Shown here piece by piece: positions 1 to 11,639 of a stretch of 64,000 nucleotides of DNA (the first letter of the stretch is position 1; every line of letters begins with the position of its first letter). Under the pieces are notes generated by a model. That model made no database searches. It saw only the letters and a program-made list of their open reading frames with translations, and had not been told where the DNA came from. A program made the translations under genes and the position numbers. This stretch comes from Vicugna vicugna (taxonomy: Eukaryota), in contig MU061603.1 of the NCBI GenBank assembly GCA_013265495.1, positions 312,923 through 376,922 on the forward strand, read 5' to 3'.

Positions 1-1337
1 CCCCCAGCCCCCCAGCCCCTGGCAGCCCCGAGTCCTCTTCCCCTCTGGCTGTCTTTACCTCTCCTGGGTGTTCCCTGTCAATGAAGCCACAGGAAAGGTG
101 GCTTTGCGGGCCTGCCCACGTGGCTTTAGCGGGGGCTGGTGATGTTTTGTTTTGCTTTCACTTGAAATAGCATTTTGATTATTTGAAAGGGAAATCCAGG
201 TGGGCTAAAGAGGTCATGTGCACAATGAAGCCCTTTCGGTAACTCTGTGCATAACCTCGGGGGAGGCACTGCTCTTCCCCCTGTGACACCACAGCCAGAA
301 GACAGAAGGGAGATGCTTAGCTCTTCCCTGGGGCAGAAACAAAACCAAGCAAATCAAGAAACCAGCAAAAGCCCAGAACTATAGCCGGAAAGGCAAACCA
401 CGTCCCGGAAGAAGCGTTCCTCAGAAGCCAAGGTTGGAGAAAGGCTGCACATCCCCGGGGTCCAAAAACCTCTCGAAACCCACTGCTCTAAACAAACAGA
501 ACACACACGGGCAGTTCCAACGAGAGGCAGAGCAGGTGGCCAGTGTGTGTTAGACGTGCTCGACCTCTCGGGGGAGGACACAGGCGGACGGACACACTGT
601 GGAGGGACAACACTGGTCACCATGACGCTGGCAGGACTTTAGCCTGGTGACAAAGTGAGGAGGCAGAGGCCCCAGCAGATCCCCCGGAGGGACGAGAGAA
701 CAGACACTCCTCTCCAGGGAAACAGTGTGCAGGACGCATCAAAGGGCCACAGGCGCAGCAGCCCTTCCCCGGCAGTGCCGATCCTTAGAGCTCACCCCAC
801 CAAAGTGCTCGCACAACTTGCAAAAAAGNNNNNNNNNNNNNNNNNNNNNNNNNNNNNNNNNNNNNNNNNNNNNNNNNNNNNNNNNNNNNNNNNNNNNNNN
901 NNNNNNNNNNNNNNNNNNNNNNNNNNNNNNNNNNNNNNNNNNNNNNNNNNNNNNNNNNNNNNNNNNNNNNNNNNNNNNNNNNNNNNNNNNNNNNNNNACA
1001 GAGAGGCGAGTGAGAGAAACGGAGAGAGAGAGAGAGAGATAGGACAGGCGCAGAGAGACAGAGGGAGAAGGAACCCTGGAGCTGGGAACGAGTGAAGTCA
1101 CGCCCATTTTCACACGTCACTCTGCACGTCAGAACCCGGTCCCAATGTCCATCCATCCTGCAGCGGAGTGTGTGGGGGTCACACAAGGACACGTGACCAG
1201 AAGGCATAAAAGCAGAGAGCATTGTGGGGCAGCCCATCCCAGAGGCCGAGATGAGACCAGTGGAAGCACGGTGTGGCTTTCAAACTAGCAAGGTTATGCA
1301 AAACTTTTTCCAGTCTGGCACAAAACATGACAGCTCA

Positions 1338-1470
1338 GGGGCCCGAGTGTACAGCTCAGTGGTAGAGTGAATGCTTACCATGCACGAGGTCCTGGGTTCA
1401 CGTCCCAGAATCTCCATTAATAAATACAGAAATAAATGCAATTACCACTTTGCTCACCAGGGGGAAAAAA
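1338..1470 (+). mobile_element. tRNA-derived SINE (camelid vic-1-like)
   Basis: A box (tacagctcagtggtagag), B box (ggtcctgggttcac), A-rich tail. Confidence 0.85.
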
Positions 1471-2375
1471 TTACTACTTCATTAATTTTAATAGGCCCAT
1501 TTATGTGATTTAAGGCTTGTGTACCAGAAATTAGACAGAAATTGACTTTTTGTCTCCTACTATACTTTAATTTAAAAAAAAATTTATTCATCAGCCCTTT
1601 AAAGTGGCACATTTTCTAGGCCCCCACTTAGGTAGTTTACATTTGTGTACCTCTAGCCCTCACACTCAGAGGTATAAAGTTCCAATATATCTAAATTTTA
1701 AGTGACACACTTGAGAGGATATGTTCCATTCAAGGAGCTATAAGGAGGAACATGTAGGTACCCACTGGGGATTTTGGTATGTTTTTAGCACCTGCTGCTT
1801 AAAAGGCTGCAAACTGAACTTTCACACGGTTTCAAAATGAAGACTGAGCTATTATGAGTAGTTTTTCCCCATGAAGCAGGCACACCCTGCGTCAGAAAGC
1901 CCAGCGTTCTTGTAATATGTGTGCAAGAGTGTGAGGGGTGTGTGTTCTATTTCAGAACCGCTCTTCCTTGAATTAAGAGCAAGCACTGTCTGAAGTAAAC
2001 AAGGAACATGGGTGTGCACGTTGCTTCTAAGACACTCACAGGACTCGGTGTGGGTGGTCACCAGACCCTGTCAGCTGGGACTAGTGGTGACACGGACCCA
2101 GAGAGCAAGGCCCAGCTGGTGGGGGAGGGCTTTCTCATCACACTCACTGTCGTCCAGACTCTGCTGTGATGCTTCTGATTTTAGATGGAGAGAGTCCAAG
2201 CTCCTCCTCCTGGGTGTGCGAGTCTGCAGTTACAGCCAGCTCTGCCTGGGTCACACACTGGCCATTGTGAAGGAAGTGAGGCCTGAATGGAATTTTTCAA
2301 CTTAATGTTTTCTGTTATTTCCCCAATATGTATTTGTCATAATAATATATATCTTTTTTATTTAATCTACGGAAG

Positions 2376-2485
2376 GATTATCTTCAGAATATAGAAGGCG
2401 GTATTTTTACAGACAGTCTCCATGACAAATGGCTTAGCGTCTTTGATGAAGGGAATGCGGAGGGAGAAATAACTGCAACCCAGAG
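2376..2485 (+). CDS. ARHGAP20-like RhoGAP exon (mid RhoGAP domain)
   Basis: aag|DYLQNIEGGIFTDSLHDKWLSVFDEGNAEGEITATQ(R)|gtaatg, 110 bp, resembling ARHGAP20 DFLRNIPGSIF...KINTVQR; phase matches the next exon. Confidence 0.78.
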
Positions 2486-3006
2486 GTAATGACGGTCACA
2501 CCCCGAAAATACAACCAACATCCTCTTAGGAAAACATCAGCTTATACTTTACAGCTTTGTCTACTAAAGTAATGACCAGTGTCGAAGGGCTGCATTTGCT
2601 ACCCACAGAAGCCACTTGAAAAACAGATGCAGGCACTCCTGCTGTTACTGAATTCTTGTTTTTATCCTGATCTTATTAATATGGACTCCATGACCAGTTA
2701 ACACCTGCTGAAGACACGGAACTGCTGCAGATGAAATCCACTGGTCAAAACAGAGATGCTACAGAACCAATCTGCCACTGTTATGATCTTAATTTTTCAA
2801 ACACTTAATCAACTACAGAAGTTAGTATCTCGTCCAGAAACTGAAATCAATGAAACATTTTTGTGTGCATTCATGCTTAGAACTCTGAGAGAGAGGACTG
2901 GGGGCATGGTTTATTTACCATGACGTACTCTGTTCTCTGTTTCTTTATTTCCACTTCCTAAGCAAAATGACATGCTTTGTTTAAAAGTGCATTTTTCTGC
3001 CCGTAG

Positions 3007-3196
3007 GCTTTTGGACCAGCTGCCAAGAGCCAATGGTGACCTCTTGAGACACCTTTTTGGAGTGCTGCACAACATTGAGCAACACTCCACATTCAACCAG
3101 ATGACGGCGTATAACTTAGCACGCTGTATAGCCCCAAGCCTTCTCGGTCCACCTAATGCCACCAGCTCACAATTACAAGAGGACTTCACAAAGAAG
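3007..3196 (+). CDS. ARHGAP20-like RhoGAP exon
   Basis: tag|LLDQLPRANGDLLRHLFGVLHNIEQHSTFNQMTAYNLARCIAPSLLGPPNATSSQLQEDFTKK|gtaatg, 190 bp, containing the RhoGAP N.M...NLA..APS motif. Confidence 0.9.
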
Positions 3197-4389
3197 GTAA
3201 TGAGACCTCTCATTTTCATGCCTTGTGGGGCACGGTCCCCACTTTGAACCTGAAACCTGAGGTACTAACCGTGATGTACCAGGTTTTTCAAGTGCACATT
3301 TTAAACACGCTTCCCTGGAGGGGCAGAGTCACTGACCTGGTGGGATGAGGGGAGGTGGTGGGTTGTTAAGTGGGAAACAGAGCAGTGGAGGCATTTCTGC
3401 TTTCCCACCCAGGACACTCAACCACAGAGAGATAAGAGTAGGATGATGAGACAGAACAGAACCTGAGCTTTGGGGTCTGGCAGCCAAGGTTCAACTCTCA
3501 GCCTAATCACTGAGGGAGTGTGAACTACGGCGAAGGTCGCATGGTTTCATCATCACATAATGACGACACCACCCAGCTCCTCTGCTCACTGCTAAGACAT
3601 CTCAGTGGCTTGGGCAACATGAGCACCCACAGCTCACACACTGGCCTTCCTCTGCCAGCTGTGGTCCCTCACAAGGACACTCGGCTCCTATGTCGCCCCC
3701 ACTGCAGGGTGAGGGGGCTAGTAAAAGATTCCAGAACATCCGAACAGAGCCACAACAGGCCTAATCAGATCACAACCCTGCCCCAATCTCAACCCGACAG
3801 CCAGCATGAGACGAGGCAGTGCAGTCAGACAGACACGCCTCCTCTCCACTGCTTCCTTCCTTCACGAGAAAAATCACAGAAATCTCTGCTTCTCAACTCT
3901 CACATATTTCCTCACTTTAGAAGTAAATTTCTGAAGTTCTTGTCTATTGGATGCTTTATTAATTTTCATAAGATGTTATATGTCAATTTATCTCAATAAA
4001 ACTGGAGAAAATCAAACAATAACAAATGAAACTTAGTAAGACAATATACAGATTCACCTCAAGCATCCTTCGTGGGTCACTTGAAAATTGTCCTAGTTTT
4101 AAAGTTGTAACCGTCATTACAAAAATGTTAGCTATGGAACGAGGAGACAAATTATAATTTTAACCCACTGATTAAAAGAGTTTTAAAATCTGTACCCAAA
4201 GTACTCTTGAAAGTTATCACTATTTCTTACAGAAAACGGATTTGTAGACTCATTTTTTAATCAACTCTGATTTTTCTCAGAAATCTCTTAATTTTTTTAA
4301 CAGTTTTTGGATGCAAGAGTTAGATATGAAATGATTTGTAACTATGCCATATGGAAAAGAACACCCCGTTTTGCCCTTATGTGTTTCAG

Positions 4390-4546
4390 ATTTCGCTGGT
4401 ACAGTTTCTCCTCGAAAAGTGCCTCCAGCTTTGGGGAGAAGACGTCCCTTCCCTCTGGGGAGAGCACGCAGTCATTCTTGACGAAGGTGACATCACTAGT
4501 GACAGGGAAGAGGCTGCAGGATGTGGGAACCATGTAACTGGCTTTG
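4390..4546 (+). CDS. ARHGAP20-like exon (end of RhoGAP domain); donor position uncertain
   Basis: cag|ISLVQFLLEKCLQLWGEDVPSL resembles ARHGAP20 VSLLIQFLIENCLRIFGEEITSL. Candidate donors after 4486 (phase 1), 4546 (phase 1) and 4650 (phase 0). Confidence 0.72.
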
Positions 4547-4989
4547 GTGAGAAAGGCAGCAAGGCTGACAGGGCTCATGGGAGATGCTCAGACAGTGCAG
4601 TTCTGGAGCCCAGATCACATCCCAAGAGCAATGATTTCCACCTGCTCCAGGTCAGGGTGGGTTTCATACCATCGTGAGACCAAAGAAAGGATGAGGCAGG
4701 TCTGGCTTCAGGAAGATGCTAGTACAGCATTAGGAGATATCAGGGTATAATACAGTGTTTGGAAATTTTTCCAAACAAAACTTTAAATGGGACTCATATA
4801 TATCAGATGTGCTCAGGCTGAAACTAGAGGGGCCCAGAGCACTGCCTTGTTTGTTTCCCATCCCCTGTTTTCCTGCTTAATAGTACCTAAGGTACCACAG
4901 TTTTTCAGTGCCTTTGAAACAGGTTGAAAAGAACCTGCATCAATGAGGAAAAACAGGACTTGGTTTGATGTGAAACCACCTTTCCATTC

Positions 4990-5130
4990 TGTCAGCTCCT
5001 GGGCCCCTGTTCACCAGCTGTGTTAACTCTGGCCAGTTATTTTAGCTCGCTTTCAGTTCCCTCATCTCTAAAATGGGAATAAAGACAACATCTAAATTTT
5101 AGGACTACTGCCAAAATCAATCATGGATGT
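4990..5130 (+). mobile_element. MIR
   Basis: cagttccctcatctctaaaatgggaataa resembles the MIR core. Confidence 0.6.
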
Positions 5131-5299
5131 AAACTAAATATGTAAAAAACCAATTGCTGGAGCCAGCAGAAGTTCCTCTGAGAATTCTGAGCTAGGACTG
5201 TCTGAGCCTAGGTCATCAGCTAATTGGCAGCAGTGCATTTCATAAGGATGAGATTAGATTCAGAACCTGGGGACACGGGTCATGAGACTCTTTGAATTT

Positions 5300-5432
5300 G
5301 GGGGGGCAGGTAATTAGGTTTGTTTGTTTGTATGTTTGTTTGTTTTTCATGTTAATGGAGGTACTTGGGCTTGAACCCAGGACCTCATGCGCAGTAAGCA
5401 CGCACTGAACCACTGAGCTATAAGCCTCTCCC
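5300..5432 (-). mobile_element. tRNA-derived SINE (camelid vic-1-like)
   Basis: Reverse complement gggagaggcttatagctcagtggttcagtgcg...gaggtcctgggttcaagccc, (AAAC)n tail, cctaattacc end. Confidence 0.88.
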
Positions 5433-5592
5433 AATCGCTTTGCAGTTTTGACATTTTTTGGTTTTAAGACATTTATCTCACTGCTTTCAGGAAATCTTTA
5501 GGAAAATCTATTTTATCAGGAATTTAGTTGAGTCTAGTACCTGAGAATGTGCTTTACTAAGATAACTGTTTTGAATTCATCATTGACAACAG

Positions 5593-5741
5593 GACAACCC
5601 CGTGAATCAATGAGAATGACAGTGGCAGTCATTCTCAAAAATCCACAAGGACAGTACGAGGCCAAGGGCCCATCTACCACAGGTCTGCGTACATGCCTGT
5701 CCACGATTTTGGAAGTCCCCGAAGAACAGAAATGGCCCTAA
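5593..5741 (+). CDS. Probable terminal coding exon of the ARHGAP20-like gene
   Basis: cag|(G)QPRESMRMTVAVILKNPQGQYEAKGPSTTGLRTCLSTILEVPEEQKWP* weakly aligns with the ARHGAP20 post-GAP segment (recalled as RPLESKPVNILVYTKIP...APS...YLST); phase 1 fits the 4486 or 4546 donor. Confidence 0.45.
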
Positions 5742-8700
5742 TCACATTTCACCCTTCCTCTCTTCTATCTTTATTCCACACATATTGTTTCACTTTTCTT
5801 CCTCCTCTACTCTGCATGTTTACCATGATTTATTAAGAATGCGTTAGAGAACTACTTTATTTGCTTATGGCCCATGTTAACCCCTTGGTGGAGGCGCATC
5901 GGGGCAGTCTGCGGTCTCAACTAAGGTCACTTCTGCACCTGCAGCCAGCGGGCGGCGCAGCTGGGGCTGACTCACGTGTCTGTTGCTTGGCGCTGGCTCT
6001 AGATGGAGCCCCATCTCTTCAGCAAGCGAGCCTGGCCTTCTTCATAGGGTGGAGGAAGAGTTCCCAACAGCAAGATGCTTTTCGTGAGTCCATGTAGGGG
6101 AGGGCTGCACAAAGGACCACAAAGACAATGAGTTACTCATCACTTCCTGAGGGCTATGACTGTCATCAACCACACATGATACTCAAAACTTGAGACAGCA
6201 TTCCTACCACACACCTACTCTTCTTCATGAGTTGTTAACCCTCTGTTCTTTAGATGAGCATTTTCCATAGGATATTAAGAAGTTTGGTAAGGAGTATCTT
6301 TGAAATAATCATTGATTTTTCACCCCCACATATTTCTTGCCTCTATCTTTCTCCCTGTCTTAAGCTGTCTTAAGAGACACATCATTTCCTCAGAGAACAG
6401 AAGCTACAGAAGAATATGAGGAGAATATGAGGCAGAGCTGTTTGTTGCCTATGAGTTTTAAACATTCAGTTTTGTAGGAAACAAAACCAATCCATGGCAT
6501 AAAGATTTAGGTGGAAATTTCATGGGGAAAGCCCAAAACAACGAGATGTATAGGACATGTGCACCATTTCCTGCATAGAAAACAAGAGGAATCAGGAAGC
6601 CCTCACAGAACTGCTAAATCGCATGTCTAAGACCGAGCCTGGTAGAGTCACACAGAACTTCTTGCACCTCAGCATGGAACAGATCAGTGAAATGATTCCA
6701 TCAATCTGAGTATAGTAGGGAAGGAATAAAGTCACTGGATTTGATGAGACAGGTCTCAGCAACAGCTGTGCAGGCCAGCTCCCCAGGACCAGACAGCAAC
6801 TAGGACAGCTCAGCAGGTGCCCAGTGTACGCAGATGACACAGAGGGCCAGGGAAGCGCCATTCCACCACCATCGAACTCCTTGGCAGTAGAAGACTGCAA
6901 AACACAGGCACACTCATGGGGAAAATGGAGAGACTTTGCATTGCTACCAATTTGGGAACAAAGAATTAAGCTGTAAATCACGTAAGTTATTTAAAATTAT
7001 AGACCAGTACCCATCTTACATATATCAGTTTGTAGACAGACTGGCCCAAGTATATGGAATTCATGATCCATGCCTTATTTTCCTAGAAAGGGTTCCATGG
7101 TCAAATAGGTTTGAGAAATGCTATTTTCCTTTTGGACATCAAAATGCCCATTAATATACTAATGTCTTAAAGAACCACAGTAAAGAAACCCAGTACTTTC
7201 CCCGTTGATTTCTTTTGAAGAAACTGTTGATTCTTTTGAAGAAACTCTGTTGATGAATGGTCCTGGGAACACATAGTAGTAAACACTGCTCTCAATTTAT
7301 CTTAAGTCATAGATTTTACTCTTTCACTCACCTGCTCAAAAACCTTCCGTGAGTTTCCATGGATCTTTAGGTTTTGTGTTTTTTTTTCAGGAAAATTTCT
7401 TTTTTAAGAGCCTCCACAATGAAACCTGCCCTAGTCATCAGTTTTCACTATTTCCCTGTGTAGCTCCTTTCCTTGAGCTAGGTCAAACGCTTCACTTTCC
7501 TGAACAAGACACACTCATGTTTCTAAGTACAATTCTCAACTCCCCGTGGTCTCTACAGACCCACAAACTAGGTGGCCATTTGGGTTCTACTCTCCCAGAA
7601 ATATCACAAAGCTGCCTCTGACTGTTCCAGCTCAAATTAGCTGTTCTCTTATAATGCACGAGCAGTTCGCCCTGTTAGAAGCTGGTTCCCACGGTGCTTT
7701 GCACCATCAGGATTACCCTAGTATGCTCATACACCATTCAACAAATCCAAATTCCTGTGGTAAATGATTGTATTTGTTAGTTTTATGTTACTTTCAGTGG
7801 CTGGCTAAATGCCTACCCCTAAAAATGGATGAATATGTGCACTTTTCTGAGTGTAGGAACTTTACATACATCGGTAACGACTGCAAAGTTCAAAGCTAAA
7901 GAGGTAGAACACAGCACACATGGAATTTCACCGGGGGGCAGTAAGACATCAGTTTCACTAAATAAGTTTGTTAGAGAGCACATCACAGTATTTACTATTC
8001 ACAAGTCCTGGAATACACTGTTTTTATTCATCATGGAAAAAAATGAGATATTGGTGTGATATACTTGGGAAGAATTGCACGCGTGTGTGAAATTTCTTTT
8101 AAACAGCAACAATTCCATAATCGAAGGGACAAAAAACATGGCTGGACAATGCACCTGTCAGTTGTTGAGCCAAGACAAGCAAAAGTCCCTCAAATTTGAG
8201 AAGGAGATAGAACAGTAGATAAAGAAAAGCTGAAATTCCCCTAATTTGTCCAATGCAACACCTACAGGACATTCTCGCCATGGGAAAATGGTTAAGAAAT
8301 GTTCGTTTCACCCTCAGGGTACTCAAGAACATCATTGAGAAAGTCAATTTACTACTTTTTAGAAAAGACGGTTGGAACTGATAAACTGTAAAAGGACCAA
8401 ATTGTCTAACCTAGAATGAACACAAGGCAGTTAGACTTTCTGATATCTGTCTTTATCATTGCTGGTAAGATCTGTGTAATCTTCAATCAACCTGCACTTA
8501 GTAGTGTAAATAAGGTTAAGTATTTTCAAAGGTAAAGCAAAGATACTGAGGATGAAAAGCTTATTTTATTTATTCCAGAAAAAAAAGCTACTCATAGGCT
8601 ATCTTTATTTGAGAAAACTAATTCTCTCCATGGTCATTAATTACTATGATATATTGAATGGAATATATACATGTTCCATTCAACATATACATATTTATAT

Positions 8701-9790
8701 GCTACAAAACATATNNNNNNNNNNNNNNNNNNNNNNNNNNNNNNNNNNNNNNNNNNNNNNNNNNNNNNNNNNNNNNNNNNNNNNNNNNNNNNNNNNNNNN
8801 NNNNNNNNNNNNNNNNNNNNNNNNNNNNNNNNNNNNNNNNNNNNNNNNNNNNNNNNNNNNNNNNNNNNNNNNNNNNNNNNNNNNNNNNNNNNNNNNNNNN
8901 NNNNNNNNNNNNNNNNNNNNNNNNNNNNNNNNNNNNNNNNNNNNNNNNNNNNNNNNNNNNNAAGAAACTGATTGGCCTTGGACCTAAATGTCACTATGCA
9001 TTTGGTTGGCTTAGCCTTCCCAAAGAATAAAATCATCCCTTTGTCACGTCAAAGAAACTACTAGAAAACAAAATAGTCAGAGGAGAGTTATAATTTCCTA
9101 CAATGGAAAAAGGACCTACCTTGTGAGAATGGGAGTTTTTCCAAATTATAAAGGAGTCAGATCAGTGGGGGGGGCGGCGGGAGGCACGGGCACCAGCCCG
9201 CTCCGGCCCCGCAGGGCGCGGGCGACTCCGAGTCCGGGCGCGGGCCGGGCTCGGCGGCGGCCCGAGCGCCACGGAGGCTTCCGCGCCCGTCGCCGGAGCG
9301 CCCAAGCGGCGGGGGCACAACTTTGGGGCCGCGGGAGGGGTGGGGAGCGACAAGGGCTCCGGGGTGGGGTNNNNNNNNNNNNNNNNNNNNNNNNNNNNNN
9401 NNNNNNNNNNNNNNNNNNNNNNNNNNNNNNNNNNNNNNNNNNNNNNNNNNNNNNNNNNNNNNNNNNNNNNNNNNNNNNNNNNNNNNNNNNNNNNNNNNNN
9501 NNNNNNNNNNNNNNNNNNNNNNNNNNNNNNNNNNNNNNNNNNNNNNNNNNNNNNNNNNNNNNNNNNNNNNNNNNNNNNNNNNNNNNNNNNNNNNNNNNNN
9601 NNNNNNNNNNNNNNNNNNNNNNNNNNNNNNNNNNNNNNNNNNNNNNNNNNNNNNNNNNNNNNNNNNNNNNNNNNNNNNNNNNNNNNNNNNNNNNNNNNNN
9701 NNNNNNNNNNNNNNNNNNNNNNNNNNNNNNNNGCGCCCCGCGCCCCGCGCCCCTAGCCCCGCGCCCCGCCGCCGCCGCCGCCGTACTCAC

Positions 9791-10110
9791 CTCAGGGGCG
9801 CAACCGGCACAGCCGGCCGTCGGCCTCGTTCCCGCCGAAGCGTCTCGGTGCGGTACTCCCTGCGTGGGCGGGGTGTTCCCCGGCGGTCGCAGGGGGTTCA
9901 GGGGTGGGGGGGCGGGGAGCAACGAACCGAAGCGCCGCCTGGTGGCATTTTCCACAGGCCGGCGCCACCGCAGCCGCCTTGGGTCCGCACAGCCCCCTGC
10001 CGGCCGCAGCTCTTGCTATCTCGCCGAGCCGACAAGCCTCCGCGGACAGGGGACGGAGCCGCGGCGCGAGACGGAGGCCGGTCGGAGGTGTGCGCAGACT
10101 CTTTCCTGTA
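9791..10110 (-). other. Candidate first exon of an unidentified leftward transcript
   Basis: Consensus donor GAG|GTGAGTAC at 9791/9790 followed by a GC-rich intron start (gccgccgcc), downstream of the NRF1/Sp1 cluster. The 5' end is approximate. Confidence 0.5.
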
Positions 10111-10134
10111 GGGACTGCGCGCATGCGCACCAGC

Positions 10135-10186
10135 GGGGCGGGACCCGCGGCCGCTGCGTGGGGGCGGGACCCGCGGCCGCTGCGTG
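10135..10186. repeat. Perfect 2 x 26-bp tandem repeat containing a GC box
   Basis: ggggcgggacccgcggccgctgcgtg at 10135-10160 and 10161-10186. Confidence 0.9.
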
Positions 10187-11639
10187 GGTGCCGGCCCCGC
10201 CCAGGGGCGCTGGTCCGGCTCAGCCAATCGCGAGCGCCGGGTACCTCGGCGCGGGAGCTTTGAATGGTTCGTGGGCCACCTGAGGCAGCCGCAGGGTTGC
10301 CACGCCGCTGCCGTTTTGGGAGCTTTTCTGAGATCGGGAGGGGAACCAGCCCCTCATCCTTTCGCCGGAGCCCCACCCTCGCCAGGCCTCGGGACTGGCA
10401 AAAAAAAAAACAGCTGGGAAAGTGAAACAACACTGACTTCAGGTAACAGTTACCTCTTTGGATGGAAGGAAGGGAATGGGATAAAGGAAAGGTGAAAAAG
10501 AGACTTCAAGCATTTGTATATTATTTGATTTCTTAAAAGAAAGAAGTTTAAATGCTAACATTTTTCCACAATGCTTAAATTTTTTAAAGAAATAGAATGT
10601 TAGTATGTAATTTTATTACATAAATACCCAAAATATATTCATTCATATGCACACAGATATGCATATTTTATATGTAAACGTAAAAAAAATTATTCAATGA
10701 CTAAAATTATAGAAATTTTCTTTATCATTGAACTTTATTCTTTTTCTTAACTTACGGTTATTTCAGGTACTTCAGGGCTCCAGAGCTTGCCAGGAGATGC
10801 ACATATCCAAGAAGGCCAGTCCCCAGCAGGGAAGCAGGATGGAGCCCCAGGTGCAGGTAGGTCACTGCAGGATGGGGGTGCTGGGGATGGTCGAAGGCAG
10901 GCAGGGAGGCTCGAGGTTGGGCAATGGGGAGGGAAGCATCTGGGTGTATGTGGGGCACAGGTAGGCCAAGGCAGGATGGAGTGAGGGGCGCTGTGTGGGA
11001 CCCAAGTAGGAAGGGAGGGGAGGGGTGCTTCAGGCGCCAGGGTCGGGGTATCCCCTCCCCTCACCTCCTGCCACCTCCCAAAGCAGCAGCTGAGTCCCTC
11101 CTGAGCTCCCTGCCGGACAGGCCCAGCTTTGGCATCTGCATCCTTGCCCCACGTTGCTACACAGCTCCCCTCATCTGGATCCCCCTGCCCACTTTTCTTC
11201 CCCGCCAGCGACCTGTGCTCAGAGGCCCCGCTGGCTGGGACACCAGACCCAGTGCACCGTCCCAGGGACACCAGGGGGATTCCCTTGTTCTGCTGCCCGG
11301 ACACCTGACACTCTGTCCATTTTCTGGTCCCTTCCACACCCACTTGTCAGCTGAGGCCTCTGTCCTGGGTCTCAGCCCTTCTGGGGAAAGCCAGGAGGCC
11401 AAGGGGACCAGTGGCCCAGAGCCAGAAGCAGGGGGAACCCATCTGACTCCCTGCTTCAGATGCGAAACGAAGAGCCGTGCTATAGAATGACAAAACAGGC
11501 CCCAGGTGAAGTTCAAAACCTGCTCTTCATAACCCTGTGCTTTGGCTCTAGTGGCACCAGCTGGCTCAGGACTCCTCACCACTTCCCCCAACCAGAGGGC
11601 CCCAGGTTATTTCTGAGTCTCCGTGAGCCTGGGTCTCTT

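Larger units (their letters stand above)
9165..10390. promoter_or_regulatory. CpG-island promoter with NRF1 site, GC boxes and CCAAT box
   Basis: Very high CpG density (partly gapped at 9371-9732); GCGCATGCGC at 10119-10128; GGGGCGGG at 10135 and 10161; CCAAT at 10224-10228. Confidence 0.85.

Noticed and set aside
655-1237. ORFs spanning N-runs here and at 8552-9036, 9123-10283, 16465-16817, 47210-47773
   Set aside because: Length comes from untranslatable gap sequence; only the 47210 ORF has real (L1 ORF2) homology.
1338-1420. tRNA-like A/B boxes here and in the five other copies
   Set aside because: Diverged SINE heads with A-rich tails; no intact cloverleaf.
5861-6097. ORF with RKSSQQQDA, reminiscent of ARHGAP20 RKSSCDA
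   Set aside because: Similarity too short, lies after the 5741 stop and is not linked in frame.
6592-7154. Possible retrogene or RT remnant (a YADD word on the plus strand)
   Set aside because: Flanking residues do not fit LINE RT motifs, several stops, no recognisable parent.
7204-7252. Short tandem duplications here and at ~6410-6432, 47927-47962, ~59423-59465
   Set aside because: Ordinary two-copy slippage events with no functional context.
8099-8490. Possible downstream exons of the leftward CpG-island transcript (e.g. LIEDYTDLTSNDKDRYQK)
   Set aside because: Short, closed by a stop, no donor and no identifiable homolog.
9791-9955. MENATRRRFGSLLP... as a coding first exon
   Set aside because: No recognisable protein match and no in-frame downstream exon identified; may be UTR.
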